Below, in pieces: positions 9,045 through 18,918 of a DNA stretch of 34,432 bases. The DNA comes from an uncultured Bacteroidales bacterium (GTDB lineage Bacteria; Bacteroidota; Bacteroidia; Bacteroidales; UBA12077). The stretch is taken from positions 1 through 34,432 of the forward strand of contig CAYYLT010000004.1 in assembly GCA_964472385.1 (NCBI GenBank). Direction: 5' to 3'. Under the pieces are notes generated by a model. That model made no database searches and was not told where the DNA came from. It saw nothing but the letters and a program-made list of their open reading frames with translations. Position numbers and translations under genes: made by a program. The first letter of the stretch is position 1; each line of letters begins with the position of its first letter.

Positions 9045-9821
9045 TTAAATCGGTTCAACGGTTTTTTTTCGCAACCACCCCTGGCTTCCGTCAGCGAGTC
9101 TGATTTCATACCATTCGCTCATTTCATCGGCTATAAAAACTTTTGCCCCTTCGTGTATCACAAATAAGTCAGTTCCGCTTTCTGCAGGTGAACTTTTGAC
9201 AGTTACTTTCGAAGCAAACACCACGGCCTGCTTACTGTCCACTACCTCCTGTTTTTGCTTGTATGAAAATGTAAATGAGGCAATGGCAATGGCTACAGCC
9301 AGGATGCCGATCCAAAAACTGCTTTTTTTAACCTGAATGCGTTGGCTGTAAAGGTATAGGGAAAACAGAACCAAAAACAATGCAAAGGCGGTCATACTGA
9401 TAACAGCCCACATGTTGGAAGAAAAAGTATCGATTAAATTCTTTATCCATTGATTGATGAAGAACTCGGGGATCTTCTCTATCTTATCGGGGATCTGCGA
9501 TCTGGCCAGCTTCAGGTTATACTGTATGTTTTCATTTGAAGGATCCCTGAGCAGGGCCCTTTCATAATTCAGTATGGCAGGAGCCAGCTGATGGGTTTTA
9601 TAATAGGCATTTCCCAGGTTATAATATATCCCCGGGGCTTCGATTCCTTTGTTGAGTACCTGTTGGTAAAGTTTTATGGCTTGCCTGTACTCGCTTTTCC
9701 TATAATGTTTGTTGGCAGAATCCACCATAAAGCTCTCAACCTGTGCTGTTGAACCGGTGGTCAACAAAACAAGCAATGCCATAACCGTCCATACCATCTT
9801 CTTCATAGCAATAATTCCCAT
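9045..9821 (-). CDS. batE: BatE-like protein (signal peptide, TPR repeats, TM segments, C-terminal SH3b)
   Basis: Last gene of the Bat operon. TPR-like YYNLGNAYYK, internal TM helices, C-terminal EWYEIRLADGSQGWL SH3-like motif. Confidence 0.75.
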   Translation of the reverse strand: MGIIAMKKMVWTVMALLVLLTTGSTAQVESFMVDSANKHYRKSEYRQAIKLYQQVLNKGIEAPGIYYNLGNAYYKTHQLAPAILNYERALLRDPSNENIQYNLKLARSQIPDKIEKIPEFFINQWIKNLIDTFSSNMWAVISMTAFALFLVLFSLYLYSQRIQVKKSSFWIGILAVAIAIASFTFSYKQKQEVVDSKQAVVFASKVTVKSSPAESGTDLFVIHEGAKVFIADEMSEWYEIRLADGSQGWLRKKTVEPI

Positions 9822-9883
9822 ATGGTGTCATTTTTAATTAACCAGGGCAAACCCCTGCTCGTATCTGACTTTATGGACAAACC

Positions 9884-11725
9884 CTACTTAAGCTTTTGTT
9901 GCAACCGGCTGATGATGGCGATAGCATTGTTATACAATTCATCCCTCTTTTCTGCTTCGCCTGAGGGTGCGTATCTTGCAAATTCGCAATTATCGAGCAA
10001 TTCCAGAAATTGCGTTGTATCATGCTCAGGTATCTGTTTTTTCCTTAATGTATCCTGAATATTTTCCCTGGAAAGCTCCGCTACCGGAATGCCTAGCTTA
10101 TCACTCATATAACCCCATAGCGCTTTAAGGGTTTCTTCGTAGAATTTATCCTTGTCATCTTCCTTTAAATATTTGGAGGCTATTTTTAGCCGGCGTTTTG
10201 CATATTTATTGGCTTTTTTATTTTTTAGAGCTGCCATGTCAGCGTTCTCCCTGACCTTCTTCCTCCGGATTACAAATACAGCCAGAAATATAGCCAGAGA
10301 ACCGGTATATAATGCTAAAAACCGGTTTGAACCAAACAAAAATTCTCCCTGCTCTTTATACCGGAAATCTTCGGTTTGAATATACCGGATATCGCTTCCA
10401 ATAATATTGACATCCTGTTTGGAATAAGAAGCCGAAACCTGCCTGCTGGTATCCCCTTCACCTTTATTTACATGCAATGTAAGCGGCTGGGATTGCAAGG
10501 TATGATAACTGTCTTTAGCCGGGTCAAAATAGGACATTTTGACGGGTGGAATGTTGTATTCCCCTGCATGTCTTGGAATGATCAGATATTCAATGGTTTT
10601 TGTTCCGCTTGCTCCTGATGGTGTAACTTTGATGTTGTTGGAGACTTTGGGATCATAAACTTCAAGATCAGGAGGGAAATTAACTCTGGGCGGTTCCAGA
10701 ACTTTAAGGTTACCGTTACCGGTAATATTGATTTCTAAGGTAACACCTTCATTGGTTTTAACCGATTGTTTGTTCATGGAGGCATCCATCCTGTAGTTTC
10801 CCACACCGCCGGTAAAATCAAGGGGCTTATCTGAGGGAAGGGTATGGACATTGATCTGCATCGGACGGCTTGAAAGGGGCATTTTAACATTTTTGTACGA
10901 ACCGAAAAAATTATCAAATATACTGCGGCTCTGACTTTTGACTTTTTTTTGCACAATACAATCCACCTCAAAGGGGCCGATGGTTATGTTTCCTGTTTTT
11001 TGGGGAAAAAGAAGATATTTCTTCAATATGCCGGTACCATAGATTTCCCCGTTGACATTTTCTTTTTCCAGATGCCGCAGGGGCTGGGTTTCGATCTCCT
11101 GTTTGTAGAATCCTTCAAAATTGGGAAACTTGATGTTTTCCAGTCCTGATATATTGAGTTTGGAATACAGTTTTATGGTTGCCACAAGGGGTTCTTCGCG
11201 GTATACATTGCTTTTGTTCACCAATATTCTGACAAACAGATCATCACTTTGTGCATTTTGGGTTTTGCTTTGCGTACTGCTTTCCCTCGCCGATTCTGCA
11301 TTTTGTTGCTGCTTTTCCTGGGATTTCTCCTGGCCGATCACTTCAATCTTTAGGGGTTTGGATTTGTAGGTTTTCCCATCTACCTGGATTTTTGCCGGAG
11401 AGATTGTAAATTCACCGGCTTTATTTGCTTCCAGTACAAAAGTAAATTGAAGCTGGTAGGTTCTGGTCATCTGTCCATTTATGACACTGACGTTCTGGCT
11501 TGTCGATCTGCTGGGACCGGCAAGAATGTTAAAATTTTGAATATTTGGAGGTTCAAAGTTTTCAGCTTTGGTATTGACCGTATAGGTTAAACGAAAGCGC
11601 TGACCGGATTTTACCACATTGGGCGCTTCTCCGGTAAATTGAACGTCATTAGCCCATAATGGCCTGATAATAAAGACCAGTAGTATGATGATCACATGTA
11701 ATCTCATCCTGTTGTGAATTACCAA
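9884..11725 (-). CDS. batD: BatD-like oxygen-tolerance protein
   Basis: 613 aa. Signal peptide, large beta-rich ectodomain, a single TM (LALYTGSLAIFLAVFVI) and a cytoplasmic tail. Sits between BatC and BatE. Confidence 0.8.
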   Translation of the reverse strand: MVIHNRMRLHVIIILLVFIIRPLWANDVQFTGEAPNVVKSGQRFRLTYTVNTKAENFEPPNIQNFNILAGPSRSTSQNVSVINGQMTRTYQLQFTFVLEANKAGEFTISPAKIQVDGKTYKSKPLKIEVIGQEKSQEKQQQNAESARESSTQSKTQNAQSDDLFVRILVNKSNVYREEPLVATIKLYSKLNISGLENIKFPNFEGFYKQEIETQPLRHLEKENVNGEIYGTGILKKYLLFPQKTGNITIGPFEVDCIVQKKVKSQSRSIFDNFFGSYKNVKMPLSSRPMQINVHTLPSDKPLDFTGGVGNYRMDASMNKQSVKTNEGVTLEINITGNGNLKVLEPPRVNFPPDLEVYDPKVSNNIKVTPSGASGTKTIEYLIIPRHAGEYNIPPVKMSYFDPAKDSYHTLQSQPLTLHVNKGEGDTSRQVSASYSKQDVNIIGSDIRYIQTEDFRYKEQGEFLFGSNRFLALYTGSLAIFLAVFVIRRKKVRENADMAALKNKKANKYAKRRLKIASKYLKEDDKDKFYEETLKALWGYMSDKLGIPVAELSRENIQDTLRKKQIPEHDTTQFLELLDNCEFARYAPSGEAEKRDELYNNAIAIISRLQQKLK

Positions 11726-12474
11726 TTTTTACCCGATTTTGCACTTGCAGCTTGTACTTCTTTCTTTTTTAGCTTTTTTTGCAATTCCCGTTCGTCATTC
11801 TCAAGCGCCTGCAGCAACCTTCTGGCGTCCTGCTTTGAAATACGATCTTTCCGTGGCTGCTGTTGGTTTTGGTTTTGATTTTGCTTTTTTTGCTGGTTTT
11901 GCTGCTTCTTATCCTCGTTTTCCCTTTGCTGTTGCTGATTATTTTGTTCTTGCTGTTGTTTGTCCTTTTGATCCTGATTCTTTTGATCCTGGTTTTTCTG
12001 CTGGTTTTTATTTTGGTTTTGTTTTTGTTGCTGCTGTTGTTTTAGCTTTCTCAAAGCATAGGTCAGGTTGTGCTTGGTTTCCATATCCTTGGGATTGTGT
12101 TTCAACGCATTTTTGTAAGCATCTATACTTTCTTTGATATTTTCCGCTTTGAGAAGCGAATTGCCCAGGTTATGATAAGCCCTGGCAAGTTCTTCATCCG
12201 ACAAATCGCGGTTTGTCAGCGCAGAAAACTGTTTTGCGGCTTCCTGGTATTTCGACTGTTTATAAATCGCATCACCCATATTAAAGATCGCTTTATAGGA
12301 ATTGGGAGCTTTTTCTATTGCTTTTCGGTAATTGACTTCGGATTGTGTATAGGCCTTTTCATTAAAAGCATCATTTCCTTGCCGGATATATTTCCTTTCG
12401 CTTTGTGGCAAAGCGTTTATCGATACAACCGACATCAATAGCAAGATAACATATTTCCTGAATACCATAATCAC
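11719..12474 (-). CDS. batC: BatC-like TPR protein with a Q/N/K-rich low-complexity tail
   Basis: Signal peptide, TPR motifs (AYHNLGNSLLK, AIDAYKNALKHNP), then about 65 residues made almost entirely of Q, N, K, D and E. Overlaps batB by 4 nt and batD by 7 nt. Confidence 0.8.
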   Translation of the reverse strand: MIMVFRKYVILLLMSVVSINALPQSERKYIRQGNDAFNEKAYTQSEVNYRKAIEKAPNSYKAIFNMGDAIYKQSKYQEAAKQFSALTNRDLSDEELARAYHNLGNSLLKAENIKESIDAYKNALKHNPKDMETKHNLTYALRKLKQQQQQKQNQNKNQQKNQDQKNQDQKDKQQQEQNNQQQQRENEDKKQQNQQKKQNQNQNQQQPRKDRISKQDARRLLQALENDERELQKKLKKKEVQAASAKSGKNW

Positions 12475-13508
12475 CTCCTGACATTAAACAGGTTAAACTT
12501 CATAAGTCTTTTGTTTTTTCGCTCAAGCAGGATCAGATCAACCATCAGAAAGATCAATGCAAGCGCTATCAGATACTGGAATCTGTGCTGGTAATCGGTA
12601 TATACTTTCGATTCTATTTCCTTCTGATCCATTTTGCTGATCTCTTCAAAAAGTTCATTCAACCCTGTACGGGCATTGTTTGCATGGATATAAGTTCCCT
12701 TACCACGGGCTGCGAGCATTTTCAGGGTTTGTTCATCCAGCTTGCTGACCACGACATTTCCCTGTTGGTCTTTCTGAAATACGGGAGAGCCACCCTGCTT
12801 CCTGACGGGAATGGGCGATCCGCTGAGATCTCCCATGCCTATGGTGTGAATGGTGATCCCTTTTTCATTTGCATTCTCTGCAGCCTCGATGGCATTGCCT
12901 TCATGATTCTCCCCGTCTGTGATCACAATCAGCGCCTTATCCAGTTCACTTTGCTCATCAAAAGAACGGACTGCCAGATCAATGGCCGAGCCAATAGCAG
13001 TGCCCTGCCTGGGAACAATGTCGGTATTGATGGATGACATGTACATTTTCACTGCCGAATAATCTGTTGTTAAAGGTACCTGAATGTAAGCATCACCAGC
13101 AAAAACGATCAGCCCGATCTTATCATTGCTCAATTGATCCACCATTTTGGCGATGGCCCTTTTGGCTCTTTCCAGCCGGTTGGGTTCTATATCCTCAGCC
13201 AGCATGCTATTGGACACATCCAGCGCAATGATGAGCTCCACACCTTCACGTTTGACTTTTTTTAGTTTTGATCCGAATTGGGGATCAGCAAGGGCAAAGA
13301 TCACCGAGGTCAAAGCAAGTATGAGCAGAATGAATTTTATCACAGGCCTCAAGGTTGACACGTAAGGCATTAGCTGATTGATTATCGGGGGATTCCCAAA
13401 GCGCTTTAGTGCCTTTTTACGCCAGTATAATCCGATCGCAAAAAGAATCACCAAAACAGGTATGATCAATAATCCATATAAATAGGCTTCATGGCCAAAT
13501 TTAAACAT
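12471..13508 (-). CDS. batB: BatB-like von Willebrand factor A (vWA) membrane protein
   Basis: N-terminal TM helices, vWA MIDAS motif ALDVSNSM, LIVITDGENHEG, and a C-terminal TM. Confidence 0.85.
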   Translation of the reverse strand: MFKFGHEAYLYGLLIIPVLVILFAIGLYWRKKALKRFGNPPIINQLMPYVSTLRPVIKFILLILALTSVIFALADPQFGSKLKKVKREGVELIIALDVSNSMLAEDIEPNRLERAKRAIAKMVDQLSNDKIGLIVFAGDAYIQVPLTTDYSAVKMYMSSINTDIVPRQGTAIGSAIDLAVRSFDEQSELDKALIVITDGENHEGNAIEAAENANEKGITIHTIGMGDLSGSPIPVRKQGGSPVFQKDQQGNVVVSKLDEQTLKMLAARGKGTYIHANNARTGLNELFEEISKMDQKEIESKVYTDYQHRFQYLIALALIFLMVDLILLERKNKRLMKFNLFNVRR

Positions 13509-13521
13509 AGTCCTGTTCCGT

Positions 13522-14517
13522 TTAGGGTATACTCCTCATCACTGTGGATTTGAGTAAAATTTCCGTTAATAACAACAACGCTGCCGTCAGGGCAAAGCTA
13601 AGGTACTCCTCACTTTTTTCGCTGTATTCTTTCACTTCTATTTTTGTCTTCTCCATTTCATCGATCTGCCGGTAGATGCTTTTCAGCTTTTGGTTGTCTG
13701 TAGCTCTAAAGTAAGTTCCTTCCGTTTCTTCTGCTATCTTCCGGAGCACTTCTTCGTCAATTTCCACTTTCATGTTTTTATAGCGTATGCCATAAGGTGT
13801 AGGGATCGGGTAGGGGGCCTCCCCTCGGCTGCCCACACCAATGGTATATACTCGAATATCGAAGGTTTTGGCTATCTCGGCAGCGGTTTCAGGAGCAATG
13901 CTACCCTGGTTGTTCACCCCGTCGGTCAGCAGTATGACTACTTTGCTCTCGGTCTGGCTGTCTTTTAATCTGTTGATAGCTGTAGCCAGTCCCATGCCAA
14001 TGGCAGTTCCATCTTTTATCATTCCGCTTTCAATATCTTCAAAAAGATTGATCAATACCGTATGATCTGTTGTTAGCGGACACTGGGTAAAACTTTCCCC
14101 GCTGAAAACAACCAGTCCTATCCGGTCGTTGGGCCGGCCGTGTATAAAATCATTGGCAATATCTTTGGAAGCCTCCAGGCGATTGGGATTAAAATCTTTT
14201 GCCAGCATACTGCTTGAAATATCAAGGGCCATGACAATGTCAATCCCTTCTGTGGTGACGTCTTTCCAGTTCATGGTCGATTGAGGCCTTGCCAGTGCCA
14301 AAATCAGCAAAGCTATTCCTATCATCCTCAAGGCAAATAAGACATGCTTCAGGTAGTATTTATAAGATGTTCCGGCATTTCTCAGACCATTGATGGTCGA
14401 TATCTGTATGCTGGCTGCAGATGATCTGTGCTTGATGATATACCAGACTACACCAGGTACAATCAGTATCAATAAGAACAATAGTTCCGGATTGGCAAAA
14501 TTTACATTGCTCATCAT
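13522..14517 (-). CDS. batA: BatA-like vWA membrane protein
   Basis: N-terminal TM helices, MIDAS ALDISSSM, VILLTDGVNNQG, and a C-terminal TM. Confidence 0.85.
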   Translation of the reverse strand: MMSNVNFANPELLFLLILIVPGVVWYIIKHRSSAASIQISTINGLRNAGTSYKYYLKHVLFALRMIGIALLILALARPQSTMNWKDVTTEGIDIVMALDISSSMLAKDFNPNRLEASKDIANDFIHGRPNDRIGLVVFSGESFTQCPLTTDHTVLINLFEDIESGMIKDGTAIGMGLATAINRLKDSQTESKVVILLTDGVNNQGSIAPETAAEIAKTFDIRVYTIGVGSRGEAPYPIPTPYGIRYKNMKVEIDEEVLRKIAEETEGTYFRATDNQKLKSIYRQIDEMEKTKIEVKEYSEKSEEYLSFALTAALLLLTEILLKSTVMRSIP

Positions 14518-15539
14518 GGCTTATCTTCAGATGTTTTATCATTCGTTACCGGCACCTTGGTATTGTCAAACGGTGCATCAGATTTTTCCTGTGCTGGAAC
14601 GTATTGTGTCTTGCTGACAAAATCATAGGCAAACTCCATACATTGCTCATTCTCCGTGGGAGAAGGTATAAGCTTGGCAAATTTTACCAGATCTCCTAAC
14701 CGCAGCGTATCTTCCAACCTTTTGAAAAGCTGGTCATCGGAAAACTCATTGGATTTTAATGCATCGAGTATTTCATCCGTTGTCCGTTCAAGGGTTTTTA
14801 TTTTGTAGCGCATCCACAGGTAAGTTCTAAGTATTTCGGTCAACCGGATATAGTATGCTTTAACCCGGTCGTGTTGCCATAGCCGTTCGCGTTTCAGTTT
14901 ATCCAGTTCACGCCGGGCGTAAACATGGGCAGGTTCAGCAGGTTTGCGGGGTTGGAGAAGGGGTTGCTGCTTTTTGCGTTTGCGCAGGATATAATAGATC
15001 CCGCCGATGATTAAGACTAAACCGAGAAAAGCCAGGATATAGGGCAGGGCTTCCCGGAAAGTTACAGGAGCCCCAAAAGGTGATTTGATATCGAAGATTT
15101 GTGTGGTAGTATCAACCTGTACGGGCTGAACTGCCAGCGCCAGCGGTGGGGTTGCCATGCTGTCGGAACTTCCCTTGCGATGGTAAGTGAATTTCATGGG
15201 CTCCCATTCTACGCGTCCTGTATCAAAACTGGTGAGCAAGATGCGCTGACGGATTTCCAAATGCTGGCCTTCCAGTGCTGTGGTATCTTTTGGATAGGTT
15301 TTGATGATCTCTATTGCTGAAGGCTTTTGCTTTTCAATCACAGGGAAGTTAACCCTTGCTCCTTCCGGCTGGGTGACATGAAGATTCAGATAGACCTGAT
15401 CTCCGATTAATATGCTGTTGGAATCAAGCTTTGCGTCTACCCGGAAGGATTGTCCACAAGCGAAAGCATAGGTGGCCAATACAAAGAACCATGTGAAAAT
15501 CATCCTGCTCAATAATCCATGTTTATTCCGCATAGTCAT
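14514..15539 (-). CDS. Membrane protein of the Bat operon (DUF4381-like)
   Basis: Signal peptide, a BatD-like N-terminal beta region, a single TM (ILAFLGLVLIIGGIYYIL) followed by RKRKK. Occupies the slot between DUF58 and batA and overlaps batA by 4 nt. Confidence 0.6.
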   Translation of the reverse strand: MTMRNKHGLLSRMIFTWFFVLATYAFACGQSFRVDAKLDSNSILIGDQVYLNLHVTQPEGARVNFPVIEKQKPSAIEIIKTYPKDTTALEGQHLEIRQRILLTSFDTGRVEWEPMKFTYHRKGSSDSMATPPLALAVQPVQVDTTTQIFDIKSPFGAPVTFREALPYILAFLGLVLIIGGIYYILRKRKKQQPLLQPRKPAEPAHVYARRELDKLKRERLWQHDRVKAYYIRLTEILRTYLWMRYKIKTLERTTDEILDALKSNEFSDDQLFKRLEDTLRLGDLVKFAKLIPSPTENEQCMEFAYDFVSKTQYVPAQEKSDAPFDNTKVPVTNDKTSEDKP

Positions 15540-15547
15540 CCTTCCTG

Positions 15548-16498
15548 TTATCTTCTTTTGAACAAGCTGATCAATGGTTTGACATAATCTTCATCGGTGG
15601 CAACGGTAACAAAATCAACTCCGGAATGTGAAAAAACCGACTTGATTTGCTGATAGGTTGTATTCCACCATTTCTCATAATGATTTCTGACCCGTTTGCT
15701 GGAGGAGTCCACCCAGATATCATCCCCGGTTTCGGCATCTTTCAATCTGATCAAACCGGTGGCTGGCAAACGGGTTTCTCTTGGGTCGTATATCTGCAAT
15801 CCAATAATATCATGCTTATTATTGGCGATACGCAGGGATTCTTCGTAATTCATCCGGTAGCTGGAAGGATCCTGATCGAAGAAGTCTGAGATGACGAATG
15901 CAGTGCATCGCTTCTTGATGACATTTGTAAGGTATTTTAAGGCTTCAGATATATTGGTGCGGCTGCTTTTGGGAGAAAACTCTATCAATTCTCTGATAAT
16001 TCTTAAAATATGTTTGCGCCCTTTCTGAGGTGGAATAAACTTTTCTATCCGGTCACTGAAGAGGATCACACCAATCTTGTCGTTATTTTGTATTGCAGAA
16101 AAAGAGAGCACTGCGCTAATTTCCGTAATAAGGTTTTTTTTCAGTTGGGTTGTTGTGCCGAAGACCCTGGAATTGCTGACATCTATCATGAGCATGACGG
16201 TTAATTCCCGTTCTTCCTCATGAATTTTTATATAGGGGTGATTAAAGCGGGCTGTCACATTCCAGTCAATATTCCTGATATCATCCCCGTATTGATATTC
16301 CCTTACTTCGCTGAATGACATACCCCGTCCTTTAAAAGCACTGTGATATTCTCCGGCAAATATGTTTTTGGAAAGTCCCCGTGTCTTAATCTCAATTTTT
16401 CGGACCTTCTTCAGCAGTTCAGTAGTTTCCAAAATCGTTCTAGTTTTTAATCCGCGAAGTTTTGATTGTAAAAAACCATTCCTTTTTCTCCAGCTCAA
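15548..16498 (-). CDS. DUF58 domain protein (MoxR-associated)
   Basis: Conserved ELLKKVRKIEIKTRG...FAGEYHSAFKGRGMSFSEVREYQYGDDIRNIDW. The ATG at 16498 overlaps the upstream ORF by 59 nt. An in-frame TTG at 16432 would give METTELLKKVRK and start 7 nt after that ORF's stop, so it may be the true start. Confidence 0.85.
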   Translation of the reverse strand: MSWRKRNGFLQSKLRGLKTRTILETTELLKKVRKIEIKTRGLSKNIFAGEYHSAFKGRGMSFSEVREYQYGDDIRNIDWNVTARFNHPYIKIHEEERELTVMLMIDVSNSRVFGTTTQLKKNLITEISAVLSFSAIQNNDKIGVILFSDRIEKFIPPQKGRKHILRIIRELIEFSPKSSRTNISEALKYLTNVIKKRCTAFVISDFFDQDPSSYRMNYEESLRIANNKHDIIGLQIYDPRETRLPATGLIRLKDAETGDDIWVDSSSKRVRNHYEKWWNTTYQQIKSVFSHSGVDFVTVATDEDYVKPLISLFKRR

Positions 16499-16862
16499 TC
16501 AAATAGTTATAAGATTGATCTGCAGCATAATCAATCCACGTCAGATCCTTTTGGTATTCATACTCCCTGTTTAATTTCTTTTGCATGCTGTTTAACAGGG
16601 CGTAATCACACATCAGTTTGGTATATTGACATTTCCCGTCTTTGTCAAGGATAAAAAGCATGGTTTTGGTATTGTCCATATTCTCATATTTAAGAAAATG
16701 GTGATTATCGGTTTTGACCTCCTTGGTAAAGAACAATTCCTTGTCCGATTCCTGCATCATATCTTTGATTTCTTCTTTGTTATTGCCGATAAAATGCTGG
16801 CCATAGACAAAAGAGAGGGATATGAAGAGGAAAAAGATGCAAGTTAAAGAAAGCTGTTTCAT
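16440..16862 (-). CDS. Small secreted hypothetical protein inserted between the MoxR and DUF58 genes
   Basis: From the internal Met the ORF reads MKQLSLTCIFFLFISLSFVYGQ (signal peptide), followed by a roughly 120-aa soluble domain. No family recognised. The ORF-track start at 16913 would overlap the moxR 3' end. Confidence 0.5.
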   Translation of the reverse strand: MKQLSLTCIFFLFISLSFVYGQHFIGNNKEEIKDMMQESDKELFFTKEVKTDNHHFLKYENMDNTKTMLFILDKDGKCQYTKLMCDYALLNSMQKKLNREYEYQKDLTWIDYAADQSYNYLIELEKKEWFFTIKTSRIKN

Positions 16863-16899
16863 AGATTTTGGCATTAAAACAATGCAATCCGTATAACCA

Positions 16900-17901
16900 T
16901 TATGGTACTTCAATGGTATTCAGGATCTGGGTTATGATATCTTCACTTGTAATATTTTCTGCTTCTGCTTCATAGCTAAGTCCGATCCGGTGTCTCATCA
17001 CATCCTGACATACGGCTCTGACATCTTCCGGGATAACGTAACCGCGGCGTTTAATAAAGGCAAAAGCTTTTGATGCAATAGCCAGGTTAATGCTGGCTCT
17101 GGGAGAAGCCCCATAGCTGATCATGGCTTCGTATTGATCAAGCTTGTAATTCGAAGGAAACCGGGTAGCAAAAACAATATCGAGAATATATCTTTCAATT
17201 TTTTCATCGATATAGACATCTTTCACAACTTGCCGGGCTTTGATAATATTCTCCGGACTTACCACTTTGCTTGCCGTGGGAAAGGCTTTGGCCAAATTTT
17301 GGCGTACGATCAGCTTTTCCTCTTCCAGGGCGGGATAATTAATCACTACTTTCAGCATAAATCGATCTACCTGAGCTTCGGGCAGGGGATAGGTCCCTTC
17401 CTGCTCAATGGGATTTTGGGTGGCCATTACCAGGAAAGGCTCTTCCAGTTTGAACGTTTCCTCACCAATGGTTATTTGACGCTCTTGCATGGCTTCAAGT
17501 AAAGCACTCTGAACCTTGGCAGGTGACCGGTTGATCTCATCGGCCAATACAAAATTGGTAAAGATGGGCCCTTTTTTTATCATAAATTGTTCCTTCTGCT
17601 GGCTATAGATCATGGTTCCCAAAAGATCGGCAGGCAATAGATCGGGTGTAAACTGAACCCGGTTAAATTTTGCGTCAATTATCCCTGATAAGGTGCTTAT
17701 GGCCAATGTTTTTGCCAGTCCCGGCACACCTTCCAGCAGAATGTGGCCGTCGGAGAGCAATCCTACCAAAAGGCTTTCCAATAAATGCTTCTGGCCTACT
17801 ATGACCTTGTTCATCTCCATGTTGACCATATCCACAAATGAACTTTCCTGGTGGATACGTTCATTTAACTCTTTTACATTCAGCGTTTGATCCATATACA
17901 A
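16900..17901 (-). CDS. MoxR-family AAA+ ATPase
   Basis: Walker A GVPGLAKT, Walker B FVLADEINR, and the typical MoxR N-terminus (VIVGQKHLLESLLVGLLSDGHILLEG). First gene of the Bat operon. Confidence 0.92.
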   Translation of the reverse strand: MYMDQTLNVKELNERIHQESSFVDMVNMEMNKVIVGQKHLLESLLVGLLSDGHILLEGVPGLAKTLAISTLSGIIDAKFNRVQFTPDLLPADLLGTMIYSQQKEQFMIKKGPIFTNFVLADEINRSPAKVQSALLEAMQERQITIGEETFKLEEPFLVMATQNPIEQEGTYPLPEAQVDRFMLKVVINYPALEEEKLIVRQNLAKAFPTASKVVSPENIIKARQVVKDVYIDEKIERYILDIVFATRFPSNYKLDQYEAMISYGASPRASINLAIASKAFAFIKRRGYVIPEDVRAVCQDVMRHRIGLSYEAEAENITSEDIITQILNTIEVP

Positions 17902-18089
17902 ATTTTTCTCAAATTAAAGGTTTTTATCACAGAAATGAAAGTTTTAGAAATGACAATATTAGCCTTTTATTCTGTTAATAAAAGTTAAAGTACATTAAGT
18001 TTTATTAAGCTTTTTTCCCCCAGTATGTATGTTTTAGGACTTTAAACGAAAGGATTTTTTTTTTAGTTTTGCTCCAAACCCAATAAATT

Positions 18090-18854
18090 TTGATTCATAG
18101 ATATTTTATCAAACTGGCATTTCAGGGCACCAATTACCATGGCTGGCAGATACAGTCCAAGGCCCTGAGTGTGCAGCAAGTACTCAATCATGCTCTGAGC
18201 ACCATCTTCCGCCAGAAAATTCAGGTGGTTGGTGCCGGCAGAACCGATGCCGGTGTACATGCTTCGTGTTTCTATGCCCATTTCGATATGGATATGGATC
18301 CTCTGCCGGAGATGCAAAATGCCATTTTCCGGTTAAACCGGTTTTTGCCTCGTGATATTGCCATATATGGAATAATGCCTGTAAAGGAGAAATCCCATGC
18401 ACGTTTTGATGCCATTTCCCGTACTTATATCTATCAGATAACAACGATCAAAGACCCGTTCAGAGCTGCTTTTGCTTACCATTTTTTCGGGAAACTGGAT
18501 ATGGATAGGATGAATAAGGCATCTGAAATTCTCACTGAATACAAGGATTTTACCAGTTTCTCCAAATCCAATACCCAGGTAAAGACCAATATTTGTGAAA
18601 TTTATCATGCCAGATGGTATAAACAGAAACATTTGTTGTGCTTTACCGTAAAAGCGAACAGATTTTTGCGCAATATGGTACGGGCTATGGTAGGAACCCT
18701 TCTTGAAATTGGTGCAGGAAAGATTGAAGTCAATAAGCTGATGGATATTCTGGATAGCAAAGACCGTTCAGCGGCCGGTTATTCCGTGCCGTCAAACGGA
18801 CTGTTTTTGGATCATATCGAATATCCAAAGGAAATTTTTCTCCCGGGAGAATAG
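18090..18854 (+). CDS. truA: tRNA pseudouridine(38-40) synthase TruA
   Basis: RYFIKLAFQGTNYHGWQIQ N-terminus and catalytic GAGRTDAGVHA motif. TTG start, with no nearby ATG. Confidence 0.9.
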   Translation: MIHRYFIKLAFQGTNYHGWQIQSKALSVQQVLNHALSTIFRQKIQVVGAGRTDAGVHASCFYAHFDMDMDPLPEMQNAIFRLNRFLPRDIAIYGIMPVKEKSHARFDAISRTYIYQITTIKDPFRAAFAYHFFGKLDMDRMNKASEILTEYKDFTSFSKSNTQVKTNICEIYHARWYKQKHLLCFTVKANRFLRNMVRAMVGTLLEIGAGKIEVNKLMDILDSKDRSAAGYSVPSNGLFLDHIEYPKEIFLPGE

Positions 18855-18918
18855 CCGGGATCGATTTGTTATTACATCAAATTGCATATATTAGCGGAAC
18901 ATTAAAAATGTCGTATTC

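Noticed and set aside
11739-12137. Plus-strand ORFs (132 aa and the 60-aa poly-Leu/Val ORF at 11863-12045) opposite batC
   Set aside because: They are artefacts of the reverse complement of the Q/N/K codon repeats (TTG/CTG/TTT runs), with no independent coding evidence.
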